From: an uncultured delta proteobacterium
Lineage (GTDB): Bacteria > Myxococcota_A > Polyangia > Palsa-1104
Reading direction: 5' to 3'
DNA length: 64,000 bases
Assembly: GCA_963785725.1 (NCBI GenBank)
Contig: CAWAWS010000017.1
Coordinates: forward strand, 96,001-160,000
Part shown: in pieces, positions 42,664 to 55,344 of the stretch
Position numbering within the stretch: the stretch's first letter is position 1
How the letters are laid out: the number at the start of each line of letters is the position of its first letter
Notes under the pieces: model-generated
Told to the model about the DNA's origin: nothing
What the model saw: the letters and a program-made list of their open reading frames with translations, nothing else
Database searches by the model: none
Position numbers and translations under genes: made by a program

Positions 42664-44296
42664 TTAGGGCGCGGCGCGCATGCCCGGCGCTTCGTGGCCG
42701 GTCGCGGCCACATACTCGTCGTACGGTCCGCCGTAGACGTGCGGCGCCACGCCCGGCGCCAGCTCGATCACCCGCGTCGCCAGCGCGCGCAAGAACGAGC
42801 GATCGTGCGACACGAACACGATCGTGCCGTCGTACGCCGCCAGCGCCTTCACGAGCGAGCGCTTGGTCGCGATGTCGAGATGGTTCGTGGGCTCGTCGAG
42901 CACCAGCAAGTTGGGCGCGTCGAACAAGATCTTGGCCAGCGCCAGCCGCGCCTTTTCGCCGCCCGACAAGACGCGGATCGGCTTCTCGACGTCGTCGCCC
43001 GCGAAGCCGAACGCGCCCGCCAAGTTGCGAATGACGCCGAGGCCCGTCGTCGGCGCGTGCGCTTGCAGCTCCTCTTGCACGTTGCGCGTCGCGTCGAGCT
43101 GCTCCATCTGATGCTGCGCGAAGTAGCCCATCGTCACCGACGCGCCCAGGCTGACGTCGCCGCCGTCCGGTTGCAGCGCGCCGGCCATCATCTTGAGCAG
43201 CGTCGTCTTGCCGGCGCCGTTGGCGCCCATGACCGCCCAGCGCTCGCCGCGACGCATCAACAAGCTCGAGATCGTCGTGCACTTTGCGCGCGCCGTAGTG
43301 CTTGCACAGGTGCTCGACCTTGATGACGTCGTCGCCCGAGCGCGGCGGCTTGCGGAACTCGAAGTGGCTGCTCGACGAGACGGCGCGGCGGCTTCGATGC
43401 GCTCGATCTTGTCGAGCTTCTTGATGCGCGCTCTGCACCTGCGACGCCTTGGCCGCCTGCGCGCGGAAGCGCTCGACGAAGCGCATCTCCTTGGCCAGCA
43501 TCGACTGCTGCCGCTCGATACTCCGCCTCGCGCTGCTCGGCCTCGACGGCGCGCGCCGCCTCGTAGAAGTCGTAGTCGCCGGTGTAGCTGCGCACCTGGC
43601 CGCCGTCGATCTCGACGATCTTGGCGACGACGCGGTTCATGACGTCGCGATCGTGGCAGGTCATGATGACGGCGCCGGCGTAATCGCGCAGCAACTGCTC
43701 GAGCCACAAGATCGACTCGAGATCGAGATAGTTGGTCGGCTCGTCGAGGAGGAGCGCGTCGGGCGCCAACAGCAGAATGCGCGCCAGCGCCACGCGCATC
43801 TTCCAGCCGCCCGACAGCTTGCCGACGTCGCCGGCGATCTGATCTTGCGACAGGCCGAGGCCGGCCAGGATTTCGTGCGCGCGCGCTTCGATCTCGTAGC
43901 CGCCGAGCTCTTGATAGCGCGCCTGCACCTCGCCGAAGCGCTCGACGACCTTGTCGAGATCGTCGCCGGCGTCGGCCATCGTGCGCTTCCGAGCGCGACC
44001 AGCTCCTCGCCGAGTGTCGCCACTTCGCCGGCGCCGGCGATGGTCTCGGCGAGCACGGAGCGGCCCTTCAAGTCGCCGACGTCTTGGCGGAAGTAGCCGA
44101 GCGTCATCTTCTTCGGCCGCTCGACGCGACCTTCGTCGGGCACTTCATCGCCGACGATGAGGCGAAAGATCGTGGTCTTGCCGGCGCCGTTCGGTCCGAC
44201 GAGCCCGACTTTCTCGCCAGGGTTGATCTGGAAGTTGGCGTCGACGAACAGGATCTGGCCGCCGTATTGCTTGGTGACGTTGGCGAACGAGATCAT
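42664..44296 (-). CDS. ABC-F family ATPase, about five apparent frameshifts
   Basis: Two cassettes: GPNGAGKTT / LSGGWKMR / LDEPTNYLD and GANGAGKTT / LSGGEKAR / LDEPTNHLD, spread across three frames. Confidence 0.88.
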
Positions 44297-44404
44297 GGGC
44301 GGCAGTCTTCTAGCACGCTCTGACGCGCCGCGCATGCCGACAATTGCGTGGCGCGCAGCCGGCAATTCGCGCGTCGGGCTCAGCCGATGTACGCTCGCGA
44401 ACCG

Positions 44405-45967
44405 ATGGCCGAGCCGATTCCGCCAGCGCCGACGCCGTTACGGGTCGGCATTCCCAAGGAAATCGTCGCGCTCGAGAAGCGTGTGGCGGCGACACCGTCG
44501 AGCGTGGCGCGCATTCGCAAGCTCGGCTTCGACGTGCTCATCGAGAGCGGCGCCGGCGAAGCGGCGAGCTATCTCGACTCGGCCTATGCCGAAGCGGGCG
44601 CGCAGATCGTCGACGCGAACGCGCTTTATGCCGCCGCCGACATCGTCTGCAAAGTGCGCGCGCCCGAGCCGGCGGAGGTCGAGCGCCTCAAGTCGGGCGC
44701 GACGCTGATCTCGTTCATTTGGCCGGCGCAGCAGCGCGAGCTGCTCGAGCGGCTGCAGGCGCGCAAGCTGACGGTGCTGGCGATGGATGCCGTGCCACGC
44801 GTCACGCGGGCGCAGCGAATGGACGCGCTGTCGGCGATGGCGAACCTGGCCGGCTATCGCGGCGTCATCGAAGCGGCGCATCACTTCGGGCGACCGCTGG
44901 GCGCGCAGACGACGGCGGCCGGGCGCATCAAGCCGGCGCGCGTGCTCGTCGTCGGCGCCGGCGTCGCCGGCTTGGCGGCGATCGCGGCGGCGCGCTCGCT
45001 CGGCGCCATCGTCAGCGCGTTCGACACGCGACCGGCCGTGCGCGAGCAGGTGCAGTCGCTGGGCGCGACGTTCTTGCCGTTCGAATGGAAAGGCGAGACC
45101 GGCGAAGGCGCCGGCGGCTATGCGCGGCAAATGTCGGACGCGTATTTGGAAGCCGAGCAGACGTTCATCGCGCAGCACGCCAAGCAGTCGGATCTCATCA
45201 TCACGACGGCGCTCGTGCCGGGCGTGGCGGCGCCGAAGCTGTTGACCTCGGGCGCGGTCGTGTCGATGGCGCGCGGCTCGGTCATCGTCGATTTGGCGGC
45301 GGAGCAGGGCGGCAACTGCGCGCTCACCGAGCCCAATCGCGCCGTCGAGAAGTTCGGCGTCTGCATCGTCGGCTACACGGATCTGACGAGCCGCATGGCG
45401 CAGCAGGCGAGCGAGCTCTACGCGGCGACGGTGACGACGCTGCTCGAGCTCATCGTCAAAGACGCGGCGGTGACGATCGACTACGAGGACGAAGTGCAGC
45501 GCGGCGCGCTCGTCCTGCACGAAGGCAAGATCACCTGGCCGCCGCCGAAGCCGAGCATTCGCGGCGGCGCGCCGGCGCCGACGGTCGCGCCGCCACCGAC
45601 GATCGAGACGCCGCCGCCGTCGCCGTGGCCGCTGCGCGTCGCGTTGACCTTGGCGTTGCCGCTCTTGATCCTGCTGGCGCTGTTCGGCTCGCCGTCGCTG
45701 CTGGAGCATTTGACGGTGTTCCTGCTCGCCTGCGTCGTCGGCTGGCACGTCATCTGGAACGTCACGCCGGCCTTACACACGCCGCTCATGAGCGTCACCA
45801 ACGCCATCTCCGGCATCATCCTCATCGGCGGCTTGCTGCTCGGCCGCGGTCGCGCCTTGACGACGACGTCGGCCATCGGCGCCGTCGCCGTGTTGCTCGC
45901 CTCCATCAACGTCGCCGGCGGCTTCCGCGTCACCGCGCGCATGCTCAAAATGTTTCGGCGGCCCTAA
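44405..45967 (+). CDS. pntA: NAD(P) transhydrogenase subunit alpha
   Basis: [58 protein letters not shown]. Confidence 0.96.
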   Translation: MAEPIPPAPTPLRVGIPKEIVALEKRVAATPSSVARIRKLGFDVLIESGAGEAASYLDSAYAEAGAQIVDANALYAAADIVCKVRAPEPAEVERLKSGATLISFIWPAQQRELLERLQARKLTVLAMDAVPRVTRAQRMDALSAMANLAGYRGVIEAAHHFGRPLGAQTTAAGRIKPARVLVVGAGVAGLAAIAAARSLGAIVSAFDTRPAVREQVQSLGATFLPFEWKGETGEGAGGYARQMSDAYLEAEQTFIAQHAKQSDLIITTALVPGVAAPKLLTSGAVVSMARGSVIVDLAAEQGGNCALTEPNRAVEKFGVCIVGYTDLTSRMAQQASELYAATVTTLLELIVKDAAVTIDYEDEVQRGALVLHEGKITWPPPKPSIRGGAPAPTVAPPPTIETPPPSPWPLRVALTLALPLLILLALFGSPSLLEHLTVFLLACVVGWHVIWNVTPALHTPLMSVTNAISGIILIGGLLLGRGRALTTTSAIGAVAVLLASINVAGGFRVTARMLKMFRRP

Positions 45968-47386
<1,419 letters not shown>

Positions 47387-47484
47387 GCTAGCCGGCTTCC
47401 GCTCGGCTCGTCGAAGTTTCGCGTCGCGCCGGTGATCCAGATCGCCGGTGCCTACACCCGCGTCGTGCTACGCGCTGCGACACC

Positions 47485-48429
47485 GTGCTCACGACCCTCT
47501 TGTTCGCTACTGCCTTTGCGCTGCCGCCGACCGGCAACCTCGTGCACCTCGACCTGCAGCTCGAGGGCTGGGTCGGCTACGACGGCATCGGCTATCACGA
47601 CGCCGTCACGCTGCCGACGGGGCTCGTGTCGCCGTCGCTGCGCACCGTCTACGGCGGCGGCGAGGTGGACGCCACCTTCTACCTGCATCCGCTCCACGAC
47701 GACGACGCGCCACCTCCGTATCAGGCGTTCTTGCAGCGGGCGGCGGCGGTGGCGCTGACGGTCGGCGGCAGCGGCGGCAGCGGCTTTTACGTCGGCCCGC
47801 AGCCCGACGGTCAAGTCGAGGGCCAGCGCCGCCATTGGTCCTTCGCCAGCGCGTCGATCGGCGGCTATCCCTTGTCGTGGCTCCATCTGGCCACCGGGCT
47901 CAACGTGCGCGACGACTACAACGGCTACGACCTCAACGTCAGCCAGACGCTCAACCTGACGCCGTGGGCCAGCGCCGGCATCCGCTTCCACGACGCGCTG
48001 TTGTCCGTTGGCTATCAGGTGACGGCCACCAAAACGCAATACCAAGGCTCGAGCGATCAGCCCTCGATCGACTTTCACGTGCCGTTCGCCGGCGCGGTCT
48101 ATTTTCAAGGCAGCGTCCTCATCGCCCGTCGCTCCGAGCTCGATCTGTCGGTGACCCTGACCGAGCATGGCGCGCAGGCGAGCGGATCGGGGTCGGTCTA
48201 CTTCGGCCGCCGCTTCGCGGTCGACCTCGGCGTCAGCGGCGGCTCGACGCGCCAGAACGACGCCGCCGACGCCGTGGTCAACGCGGGCGCCTCGGTCGGT
48301 TTCACCTGGTGGGTCATGTCGCGCGCGGGCGCCCACGTCAGCTACCAGGGCACCTGGTGGAATCACAACGACGGCGCGATCGAGCAGGAGCACGTCGTCC
48401 TCTTGGCGCTGCGCACGCGCCCGTACTGA
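47485..48429 (+). CDS. Hypothetical exported protein, probable beta-barrel
   Basis: Signal ending AFA; aromatic amphipathic strands; P....AFLQRA motif; terminal Tyr. Confidence 0.55.
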   Translation: MLTTLLFATAFALPPTGNLVHLDLQLEGWVGYDGIGYHDAVTLPTGLVSPSLRTVYGGGEVDATFYLHPLHDDDAPPPYQAFLQRAAAVALTVGGSGGSGFYVGPQPDGQVEGQRRHWSFASASIGGYPLSWLHLATGLNVRDDYNGYDLNVSQTLNLTPWASAGIRFHDALLSVGYQVTATKTQYQGSSDQPSIDFHVPFAGAVYFQGSVLIARRSELDLSVTLTEHGAQASGSGSVYFGRRFAVDLGVSGGSTRQNDAADAVVNAGASVGFTWWVMSRAGAHVSYQGTWWNHNDGAIEQEHVVLLALRTRPY

Positions 48430-48431
48430 GG

Positions 48432-49787
48432 TCAGGGATCCCAGCGTTCGAGGCCGTCGCCGACCGCGACCGCGTGGCCGGGCGGCAAGAGCCGGCGCGC
48501 ATTGGCCGGCGTGATGCCGAATTGCACCAGCTCCTTCCAGCCGGCGGGATCGCCGTCGTCGACGAGGCGCGCCAAGTAGACGCGATGGCCGGCGGCGCGC
48601 GCCTCCGCGACGGCGTCCGCGATCGCTTGCGGTAGCGCGGCGGCACCGTACGCGCCGGCATCATAAATGAGCGGCAGCGGTGTGACGCCCGAGCGATCGT
48701 AGAAGCCGAGGTATTCGTCCCAGCCGTGGCCGGGGCCGATGACGAGATCGCCGGGCGCGAGATGCCCGGCGGCAGCGACCGCACGATCGCGAAAGCGGGC
48801 GTCGCGCGCCGCCGGCAGCCACAGGGCGACGTTGGCGGCGGCGATGAGCGCGGCCAGCACGACGGCCCGGCGCGGTCGCGCCGCCGCCGCCAGCCACGCG
48901 AGCGGCAAGAGAAACGTCCAGCGCTCGGCGTCCGACCCGAAGAAGCGCACGGCGACGAGCGCATACGGCACGACCCACGCCGCGACGACCGTGCGCGGCA
49001 GCGGCCGGCGCATGCACGTCGCCAGCGCCACGGCCGCGGCCAGCCCGACGGCGAAGGCGACGGCCACCCGCAGCGACGAGGCTTCGTAGGGATAAGGCGC
49101 GTACACCAACGCCTTGCACGCACCATAAATGGCGACACCGGGCGTGTACCAATGCAGCGGATAGCCGAGGCCGTGCGACGCGCCGAACAGCCAGTGGATC
49201 CCTTTATGCGCAATCAGCTGGCCGTAGATCGCGGCCACGGGCAGCGCCGCCGCGGCAACGAAGCGGCTGCGCGCGCGACCGTCCGGCAACAGCAGCAAGA
49301 GCGGCAGCCCAAAGAGCACGTTCTCGACGTGAAACAGCGCCGCCGCCGCGACGGCAAAGCCGGCGGCGACGGGCCGTTCGGCGTCCGCGAAGGAGAGCGC
49401 GAGCGTCAGCGCCGCCAGCGCCGGCGCGTAGGTCTCGACGTCGCTGCCGGCGGCGAGCGCGCCCCACGACGCCAACAAACCGGCCGTCGCCGCCGTGGCC
49501 GCGCCGTCGCCGAAGCGGCGTCGCGCCGTCGCCGCCAGGGCCAATGCCGCCGTCGCTGCCGAGGCAGCCGAGCAGAGGCGCGCCGGCCACAACAGCGCGA
49601 TCGGCCGAGTCGCGTGCGTCAGCTTCGCCAGCAGCGCCAATAGCGGCACATAGGCGACATGTCCGGGATAGAGCGATCCCGTCATGGCGGCTTTCAGGTA
49701 GCCCAGCCCGTCGCCGTTGACGACGACCGGAGCCATCGCCAAGTAGCAGCCGAAGCCTACGAGGGCGAGGACAAAGCTGGGTACCAT
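48432..49787 (-). CDS. Polytopic membrane protein, possibly GT-C glycosyltransferase-like
   Basis: Many TM segments; NGDG, PGH..Y and ETY motifs in loops. Confidence 0.55.
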   Translation of the reverse strand: MVPSFVLALVGFGCYLAMAPVVVNGDGLGYLKAAMTGSLYPGHVAYVPLLALLAKLTHATRPIALLWPARLCSAASAATAALALAATARRRFGDGAATAATAGLLASWGALAAGSDVETYAPALAALTLALSFADAERPVAAGFAVAAAALFHVENVLFGLPLLLLLPDGRARSRFVAAAALPVAAIYGQLIAHKGIHWLFGASHGLGYPLHWYTPGVAIYGACKALVYAPYPYEASSLRVAVAFAVGLAAAVALATCMRRPLPRTVVAAWVVPYALVAVRFFGSDAERWTFLLPLAWLAAAARPRRAVVLAALIAAANVALWLPAARDARFRDRAVAAAGHLAPGDLVIGPGHGWDEYLGFYDRSGVTPLPLIYDAGAYGAAALPQAIADAVAEARAAGHRVYLARLVDDGDPAGWKELVQFGITPANARRLLPPGHAVAVGDGLERWDP

Positions 49788-49820
49788 TGGCGCGCAGCAG
49801 CGTATGCTATATTGCCGCGC

Positions 49821-50744
49821 GTGCGAACTGGCCTTGTCACCGACGAGCGCTTCCGCGACCACGTGGCGCCGCGCGAGCATCCGGAGCGTCCGGAGCGGCT
49901 CGTGGCCATCGAGCGCGCGCTCACCGAGGCTGGGCTGGTCGCACGCTGCCGCCGCATTGCCGCGCGGCCAGCGACGCGCGCCGAGCTCGCCGTCGTGCAC
50001 ACGGCCGACTATTTGGACGCACTGGAAGCGACGGTCGCCAAAGGCGGCACCGGCTTCCTCGATCCCGACACGTTCTTCTCCGACGGCACGTGGACGGCGA
50101 CGCTGCTCGCGGCCGGCGGCGTGCTCGACTTGGCGCGCCTCGTGGCCACGGGCGAGCTCGACAACGGCGCGGCCTTCGTGCGTCCGCCCGGCCATCACGC
50201 GACGGCCGATCGCGCCATGGGCTTCTGCCTCGTGAACCACGTCGCCGTCGCCGCCGCGCACCTGCGCGCCATGGGCAAGCGCGTCGCCATCTTCGACTGG
50301 GACGTGCACCACGGCAACGGCACCGAGGCCATCTTCGACGAGGAGCCCGAGGTCCTCTATTTGTCGACGCACGAGTGGCCGCAATATCCCGGCACCGGCC
50401 CCGCCGAGCACACCGGTCGCGGCCGCGGCCTCGGCGCCACCGTCAACGTGCCTTTGCCGCCCGGCACCGACGCCGACGCTTATTTGGCGGCCTATCGCGC
50501 GCGCATTCGGCCGGCCCTCGTCGAGTTCGCCCCCGACGTCATCCTCGTCTCGGCCGGCTACGACGCGCACCGCGACGATCCGCTCGGGGGCCTGCAGCTC
50601 GACGACGACACCTACGCCGTCATGACCCGCGATCTGTTGACCATCCAGCCGCGCCTGTGCGCGATCTTGGAGGGCGGCTACGACCTCGGCGCCATCGCCC
50701 GCTCGTCGGTGCGCACGCTGCAAACATTATTGGGAGCGCCGTGA
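49821..50744 (+). CDS. Histone deacetylase-family (AcuC/AphA) Zn hydrolase
   Basis: HPERPERL, RPPGHHA, MGFC, DWDVHHGNGT, SAGYDAH..DPLG, LEGGY. Confidence 0.95.
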   Translation: MRTGLVTDERFRDHVAPREHPERPERLVAIERALTEAGLVARCRRIAARPATRAELAVVHTADYLDALEATVAKGGTGFLDPDTFFSDGTWTATLLAAGGVLDLARLVATGELDNGAAFVRPPGHHATADRAMGFCLVNHVAVAAAHLRAMGKRVAIFDWDVHHGNGTEAIFDEEPEVLYLSTHEWPQYPGTGPAEHTGRGRGLGATVNVPLPPGTDADAYLAAYRARIRPALVEFAPDVILVSAGYDAHRDDPLGGLQLDDDTYAVMTRDLLTIQPRLCAILEGGYDLGAIARSSVRTLQTLLGAP

Positions 50745-52095
50745 CCCGACCGCGCGCCAGCGGCGAGCGCTACGGCGACTTCGAGCTCATTCGCTACCTG
50801 ACCGCAGGCGGCATGGCCGACCTATGGCTGGCGCGCAGCGCGCGTTACGCCGGCGATCTCGTCATCAAGAAGATCCAGCCGCGCTACGTCGAGATGACGC
50901 GCGTCGTGAAGATGTTCATCGACGAAGGGCGGATCGCGCAGGCGCTGAGCCATCCCAACGTCGTCCGCGTCATCGACGTCGGCCATCACGAAGGCACCTA
51001 CTTCATCGCGATGGAGTACATCCCCGGCCGCGATCTGCTGGCGATCTGTCGTCGCGGCGTCGAGGTCGGCAACTTCCTGCCGCGCCACCTCGCCGTCGCC
51101 ATCTTGGCGCAAGCGACGCGCGGGCTCGTCTACGCGCACGAGAAGACCGACGAGAACGGCGAGTCCTTGCGCGTCGTTCACTGCGACATTTCGCCGGGCA
51201 ACATCGTCGTCGGCTGGGGCGGCACGGTGAAGCTCGTCGACTTCGGCATCGCGCGCGCCACCATCATGCTGCGCGCCGAGGATCACAGCGTCGCCGGCAA
51301 GTACAACTACATGGCGCCCGAGCAGATCCGCGGCGATGGCATCGACGCCCGCGCCGATCTCTTCGCCATGGGCATCATCTTGTACGAGCTGACCGTCGGT
51401 AAACGGCTGTTTCGCGGCCGTCCCGAGCAGGTCATGCGCCTCGTGCTCGAAGAGCCGATCCCGCTGCCGACGACCTTGCGGCCCGATTATCCGCCGGCGC
51501 TGGAGGCGATCGTCATGCGGGCGTTGGCGCGCGATCCGGCCGAGCGGCAGCAGTCGGCGCGCCAGCTCTACGCCGAGCTCGCCGGCTGGCTGCAAGAGAC
51601 CGGCGAAGCGCACGACAAGCGGCCCATCGCCGAATACCTGCGCGCCATCTTCGGCCGCGGCGCCAAGAAGCAGCGCGACGCCGACGAATTCTCCGACGGC
51701 AGCGACGACGACGAGCTGATCCTGGAAGAGGCGCTGCCGGCGGTGGACGAGCCGCTCGTCGTCGACGCCGAGGATCCGCCCGACGAGCTGCGCCGCCGCC
51801 GCCGCAAGCGGTGCGTCTCGAGCCGATCATCACCAGCAACGTGCTGTCGATCCACGAGCAGATTACGGCGCCGATCGACACCGAAGCCGCGACCGGCCCG
51901 GTCGTGCGCGCCGACCGCGGCGATGTGGCCGAGGTGCGCGCCGACGATCCGCTGCCGCTCGACGAGCCGCCGACCGTGCGCATGCGCGCCGACGACACGA
52001 AGAAGAAGATCGTCCTCGCCGCCGACGGCGCACCCGCCGCGCAGCGCCGCCAGCCGTGGTGGCGCCGCTTCCTCGCCTTCTTCAGCCGTCGCTGA
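50741..52095 (+). CDS. Ser/Thr protein kinase (HCD catalytic loop), frameshift near 51800
   Basis: GGMA, VIKK, MFIDEGR, HCDISPGN, DFGIA, GKYNYMAPEQ; acidic tail continues in frame 51811-52095. Confidence 0.88.
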
Positions 52096-52241
52096 CGCCG
52101 CCATCGCGCGTCGCCCGCGCCGGCGAGTTTCGCGGCCTGCCGGCGACCCAGACGCGCCAATCGCCCGCCAGGCCGCCGGCCGCGCAAATTCCGCATCGCG
52201 AGTTTTGTATTACAAGTTGCCGTGTTATACTCCGTGGCCGG

Positions 52242-52961
52242 ATGCGCCGTCCCACCGTGGTCGACAAGCTCAGCGCGTTCGAGGTCTTCGCCGACCGCGA
52301 GCTGAAAGTCGGCCATCCCATCGTTGCCCGCCTCGTCGGGCGTCGTTTCGACCAGCTCCTGGAAGGGCCCAACTACGATCGTCCTTACGACGCCCGCTTC
52401 GGCAAGGCGATGGTCAAGACGCTCTCGTATGTCGCTGCCACACTAGGCGCTTCGTTCGGTTTCGCCGAGCGCACCGAGCTGTCGCTGTACGCCGTCGCCA
52501 ACGGCGGTGACGCGCGTCGCCTCCTGTCGCGCATCGCCGGCGAAGCCTCGGGCAAGCTGTCGCTCCTGCTCGGCGAAGTGGCGACGTTCGAGGCGCGGCT
52601 CTACGAGTTCGCGTCCAACGAGATGGCGCTCGACTACTTCCGCTGGCGCCAAGACGAAGCCAACGTCATCTCCATCGATCGCTACTGCACGCATGTCCTG
52701 GCGCAGTCGGGCGCCGACGCCACCGCCGTACCGCGCATCTTGGACGGCCTCGGTCCCGACGAGAAAGTGGAGCTCCTGCGGCAAAATTCGCTCGAGTTCC
52801 AGCAGGTGCCGTCGTGGCAGCGGCGCGGCGCGGTCGTGCGCGTGCAGCCCATCGGCGAAAACGGCCACGCCAACGGCACGCACGCCCGGCTCGTCGTCGA
52901 CTTGAACCTGCCCGCCGACGAGGCGTTCAACGAATATTTGCGCGCCGCGCTGCCGCAATAG
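52242..52961 (+). CDS. Thg1-like (tRNA-His guanylyltransferase family) protein with degenerate active site
   Basis: IVARLVGRRF, RPYD.RF..AM, ELSL, FEAR, YFRWRQ.EA, EKVELL, PSWQRRG follow the Thg1/Thg1C pattern. Confidence 0.8.
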   Translation: MRRPTVVDKLSAFEVFADRELKVGHPIVARLVGRRFDQLLEGPNYDRPYDARFGKAMVKTLSYVAATLGASFGFAERTELSLYAVANGGDARRLLSRIAGEASGKLSLLLGEVATFEARLYEFASNEMALDYFRWRQDEANVISIDRYCTHVLAQSGADATAVPRILDGLGPDEKVELLRQNSLEFQQVPSWQRRGAVVRVQPIGENGHANGTHARLVVDLNLPADEAFNEYLRAALPQ

Positions 52962-53006
52962 CGCCGGTTTTGACCTCCGGCGCTTAAACGCGATAATGCG
53001 CGCACC

Positions 53007-53982
53007 ATGCGCGCCGTCCTCTGTCGATCTTATGGCCCTCCCGAGCAGCTCGTCGTCGAAGAGCAGCCCGATCTCGTGCCGTCAGCCGGGCAAGCCGTCG
53101 TCGCCGTCAAGGCCTGCGGCGTCAACTTCCCCGACACGCTGATCATCGCCGGCAAGTATCAGTTCCGCCCCGAGCCGCCGTTCTCGCCCGGCGGTGAGGT
53201 GGCCGGCGTCGTCCACGCCGTCGGCGCGGGCGTCACGAACGTCAAGCCGGGCGATCGCGTCATCGCGCTCATGCCGTGGGGCGGTTACGCCGAGCAGGTG
53301 GCCACCGACGCGACGCGGCTCGTGCCCATTCCCGCCGGCGTCAGCTTCGTGCAAGCCGCCGCCATGCTGACGACTTACGGCACCACGATCTACGCGCTGG
53401 CCGATCGGGCGCAGATGAAAGCGGGCGAGACGCTGCTCGTCCTCGGCGCCGCCGGCGGCGTCGGTCTGGCCGCGATTCAGCTCGGCAAGCTGCTCGGCGC
53501 GCGCGTCATCGCGGCCGCGTCCAGCGCCGACAAGCTCGCGCGTCTGCAAGGCGCAAGGCGCCGACGAGCTCATCGACTACTCCAAAGAGGACCTAAAAGA
53601 GCGGGTCAAGACGCTGACCAAAGGCGCCGGCGTCGACGTCGTCTACGATCCGGTCGGCGGCGCCTACTCCGAGCAGGCCTTGCGCGCGACGGCGTGGAAC
53701 GGGCGGCTGCTCGTCATCGGCTTCGCGGCCGGCGACATCCCGAAGATTCCGCTGAATTTGACGCTGCTCAAAGGCGCGTCGATCGTCGGCGTCTTTTGGG
53801 GGCAATTCACGATGCGCGAGCCGGCGGCGGCGGCGGCGCAGTTCGCGCAGCTGCTCGGCTGGGTCGCCGACGGCAAGCTGACGCCGCACGTGCACGCCGA
53901 GCTGCCGCTCGTCGACGCCGCCAAGGCCATGCGCCTCCTGCTCGACCGAAAAGTGCAGGGCAAAGTCGTCCTGGTGACGTAA
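53007..53982 (+). CDS. NADPH:quinone oxidoreductase (MDR family), frameshift near 53543
   Basis: GVNFPD, PFSPGGEVAG, LGAAGGVG, then DVVYDPVGG, VIGFAAG, GKVVL in a second frame. Confidence 0.9.
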
Positions 53983-54046
53983 CCGCGGCGCGTTCAGCAA
54001 CGTGCGTGTCACCCACGCCGGCGATTTTTCGCGCTAGACTCCGCGC

Positions 54047-55255
54047 GTGCTGACCCTCGACGACATCGAACGCGCCCGCGCGCGCATCAAGGACGACATC
54101 TACACGTCGCCTTGCGCATTCTCCGAGACGTTCTCGAAGCTGACCGGCAACAAGGTCTACTTCAAGCTCGAGAACCTGCAGATGACCGGCTCGTTCAAGG
54201 AGCGCGGCGCCCTCAACAAGATCCTGACGCTGACGCAGGAAGAGCGCGAGCGCGGCGTCATCGCGGCGTCGGCCGGTAACCACGCGCAAGGTGTCGCCTA
54301 TCACGCGACGCGCAAGGGCATCAAGTCGACCATCGTCATGCCCGCGGCGTCGCCGCTCGTCAAAGTCACGCGCACGCGGGAATACGGCGCCGAGGTCATC
54401 TTGCACGGCTCGAGCTACGACGAGGCGTTCGAGGAGGCGTGGCGGCGACGCGAAGAGCAGGGCCTCACGTTCATCCACGCCTTCGACGACGACGCGGTCA
54501 TGGCCGGCCAAGGCTCGCTCGGCCTCGAGCTGCTCGAGCAGAATCCCTACTTGGAAGCGGTGGTCGTGCCCATCGGTGGCGGTGGTCTCATCAGCGGCAT
54601 CGCCGTCGCCATGAAGGAGATCAACCCGCGCGTGCGCATCATCGGCGTGCAGACGGCGCGGCTGCCGTCGATGCAGCGCGCGGTCGCCGAGCACGCGCCG
54701 GTGACCTTGCCGGCGGCGGTGACGATCGCCGACGGCATCGCCGTCCGCCGCGCCGGCGCGCGCACGCTGCCGGTCGTCGCCAAGTACGTCGACGACATCG
54801 TGACCGTCGACGAGGAGGAGATCGCCAACGCCATCCTGCTCTTGCTCGAGCGCGAGAAGACGGTGGCCGAAGGCGCGGGCGCGGCGGCGATGGCGGCGCT
54901 CGTGCAGGGCAAGACCAAGCTGGTGGGCAAGAAGGTCGCCATCGTCATCGGCGGCGGCAACATCGACGTGAACATCTTGTCGCGCATCATCGAACGTGGC
55001 CTGGTCAAGGACGGGCGGCTGGTGCGCTTCCGCGTGCGCGTCACCGACCATCCGGGCGCGCTGCACAAGCTGACCGGCGAGATCGCGGCCGTGCGCGCGA
55101 ACATTCAGGAGGTCATCCACAATCGCGCATTCTCGCGAGTGGACCTAGGCGAGACGGCGATCGACATCACGCTCGAGACGCGTGGAGTCGAGCACATCGA
55201 GCAGCTCGTAGCGCTCTTCAGCGAGCGTGGATACGAGCATCAACGCCTCTTCTGA
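54047..55255 (+). CDS. ilvA: Threonine ammonia-lyase with C-terminal ACT domain
   Basis: KLENLQMTGSFKERGA, SAGNHAQG, PIGGGGL, TIADGIAV, GGNID, DHPGAL. Confidence 0.93.
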   Translation: MLTLDDIERARARIKDDIYTSPCAFSETFSKLTGNKVYFKLENLQMTGSFKERGALNKILTLTQEERERGVIAASAGNHAQGVAYHATRKGIKSTIVMPAASPLVKVTRTREYGAEVILHGSSYDEAFEEAWRRREEQGLTFIHAFDDDAVMAGQGSLGLELLEQNPYLEAVVVPIGGGGLISGIAVAMKEINPRVRIIGVQTARLPSMQRAVAEHAPVTLPAAVTIADGIAVRRAGARTLPVVAKYVDDIVTVDEEEIANAILLLLEREKTVAEGAGAAAMAALVQGKTKLVGKKVAIVIGGGNIDVNILSRIIERGLVKDGRLVRFRVRVTDHPGALHKLTGEIAAVRANIQEVIHNRAFSRVDLGETAIDITLETRGVEHIEQLVALFSERGYEHQRLF

Positions 55256-55344
55256 TCGGCGTCATTTGGTGTACGTTACGCAACGCAGCCGAGGGCGAAA
55301 ATCGGTAATCGCCCGGGAAAGTTGCGCTATAATGGTGTGCTGAC

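Noticed and set aside
39686..43501. 1271-aa ABC-kinase fusion ORF
   Set aside because: The N-terminal part is frameshifted ABC-F sequence; the kinase has its own promoter-like element and GTG at 42613
49787..52510. 907-aa kinase ORF running into the Thg1-like gene
   Set aside because: Off-frame read-through on both sides of the real kinase, caused by GC-rich sequence and an indel near 51800
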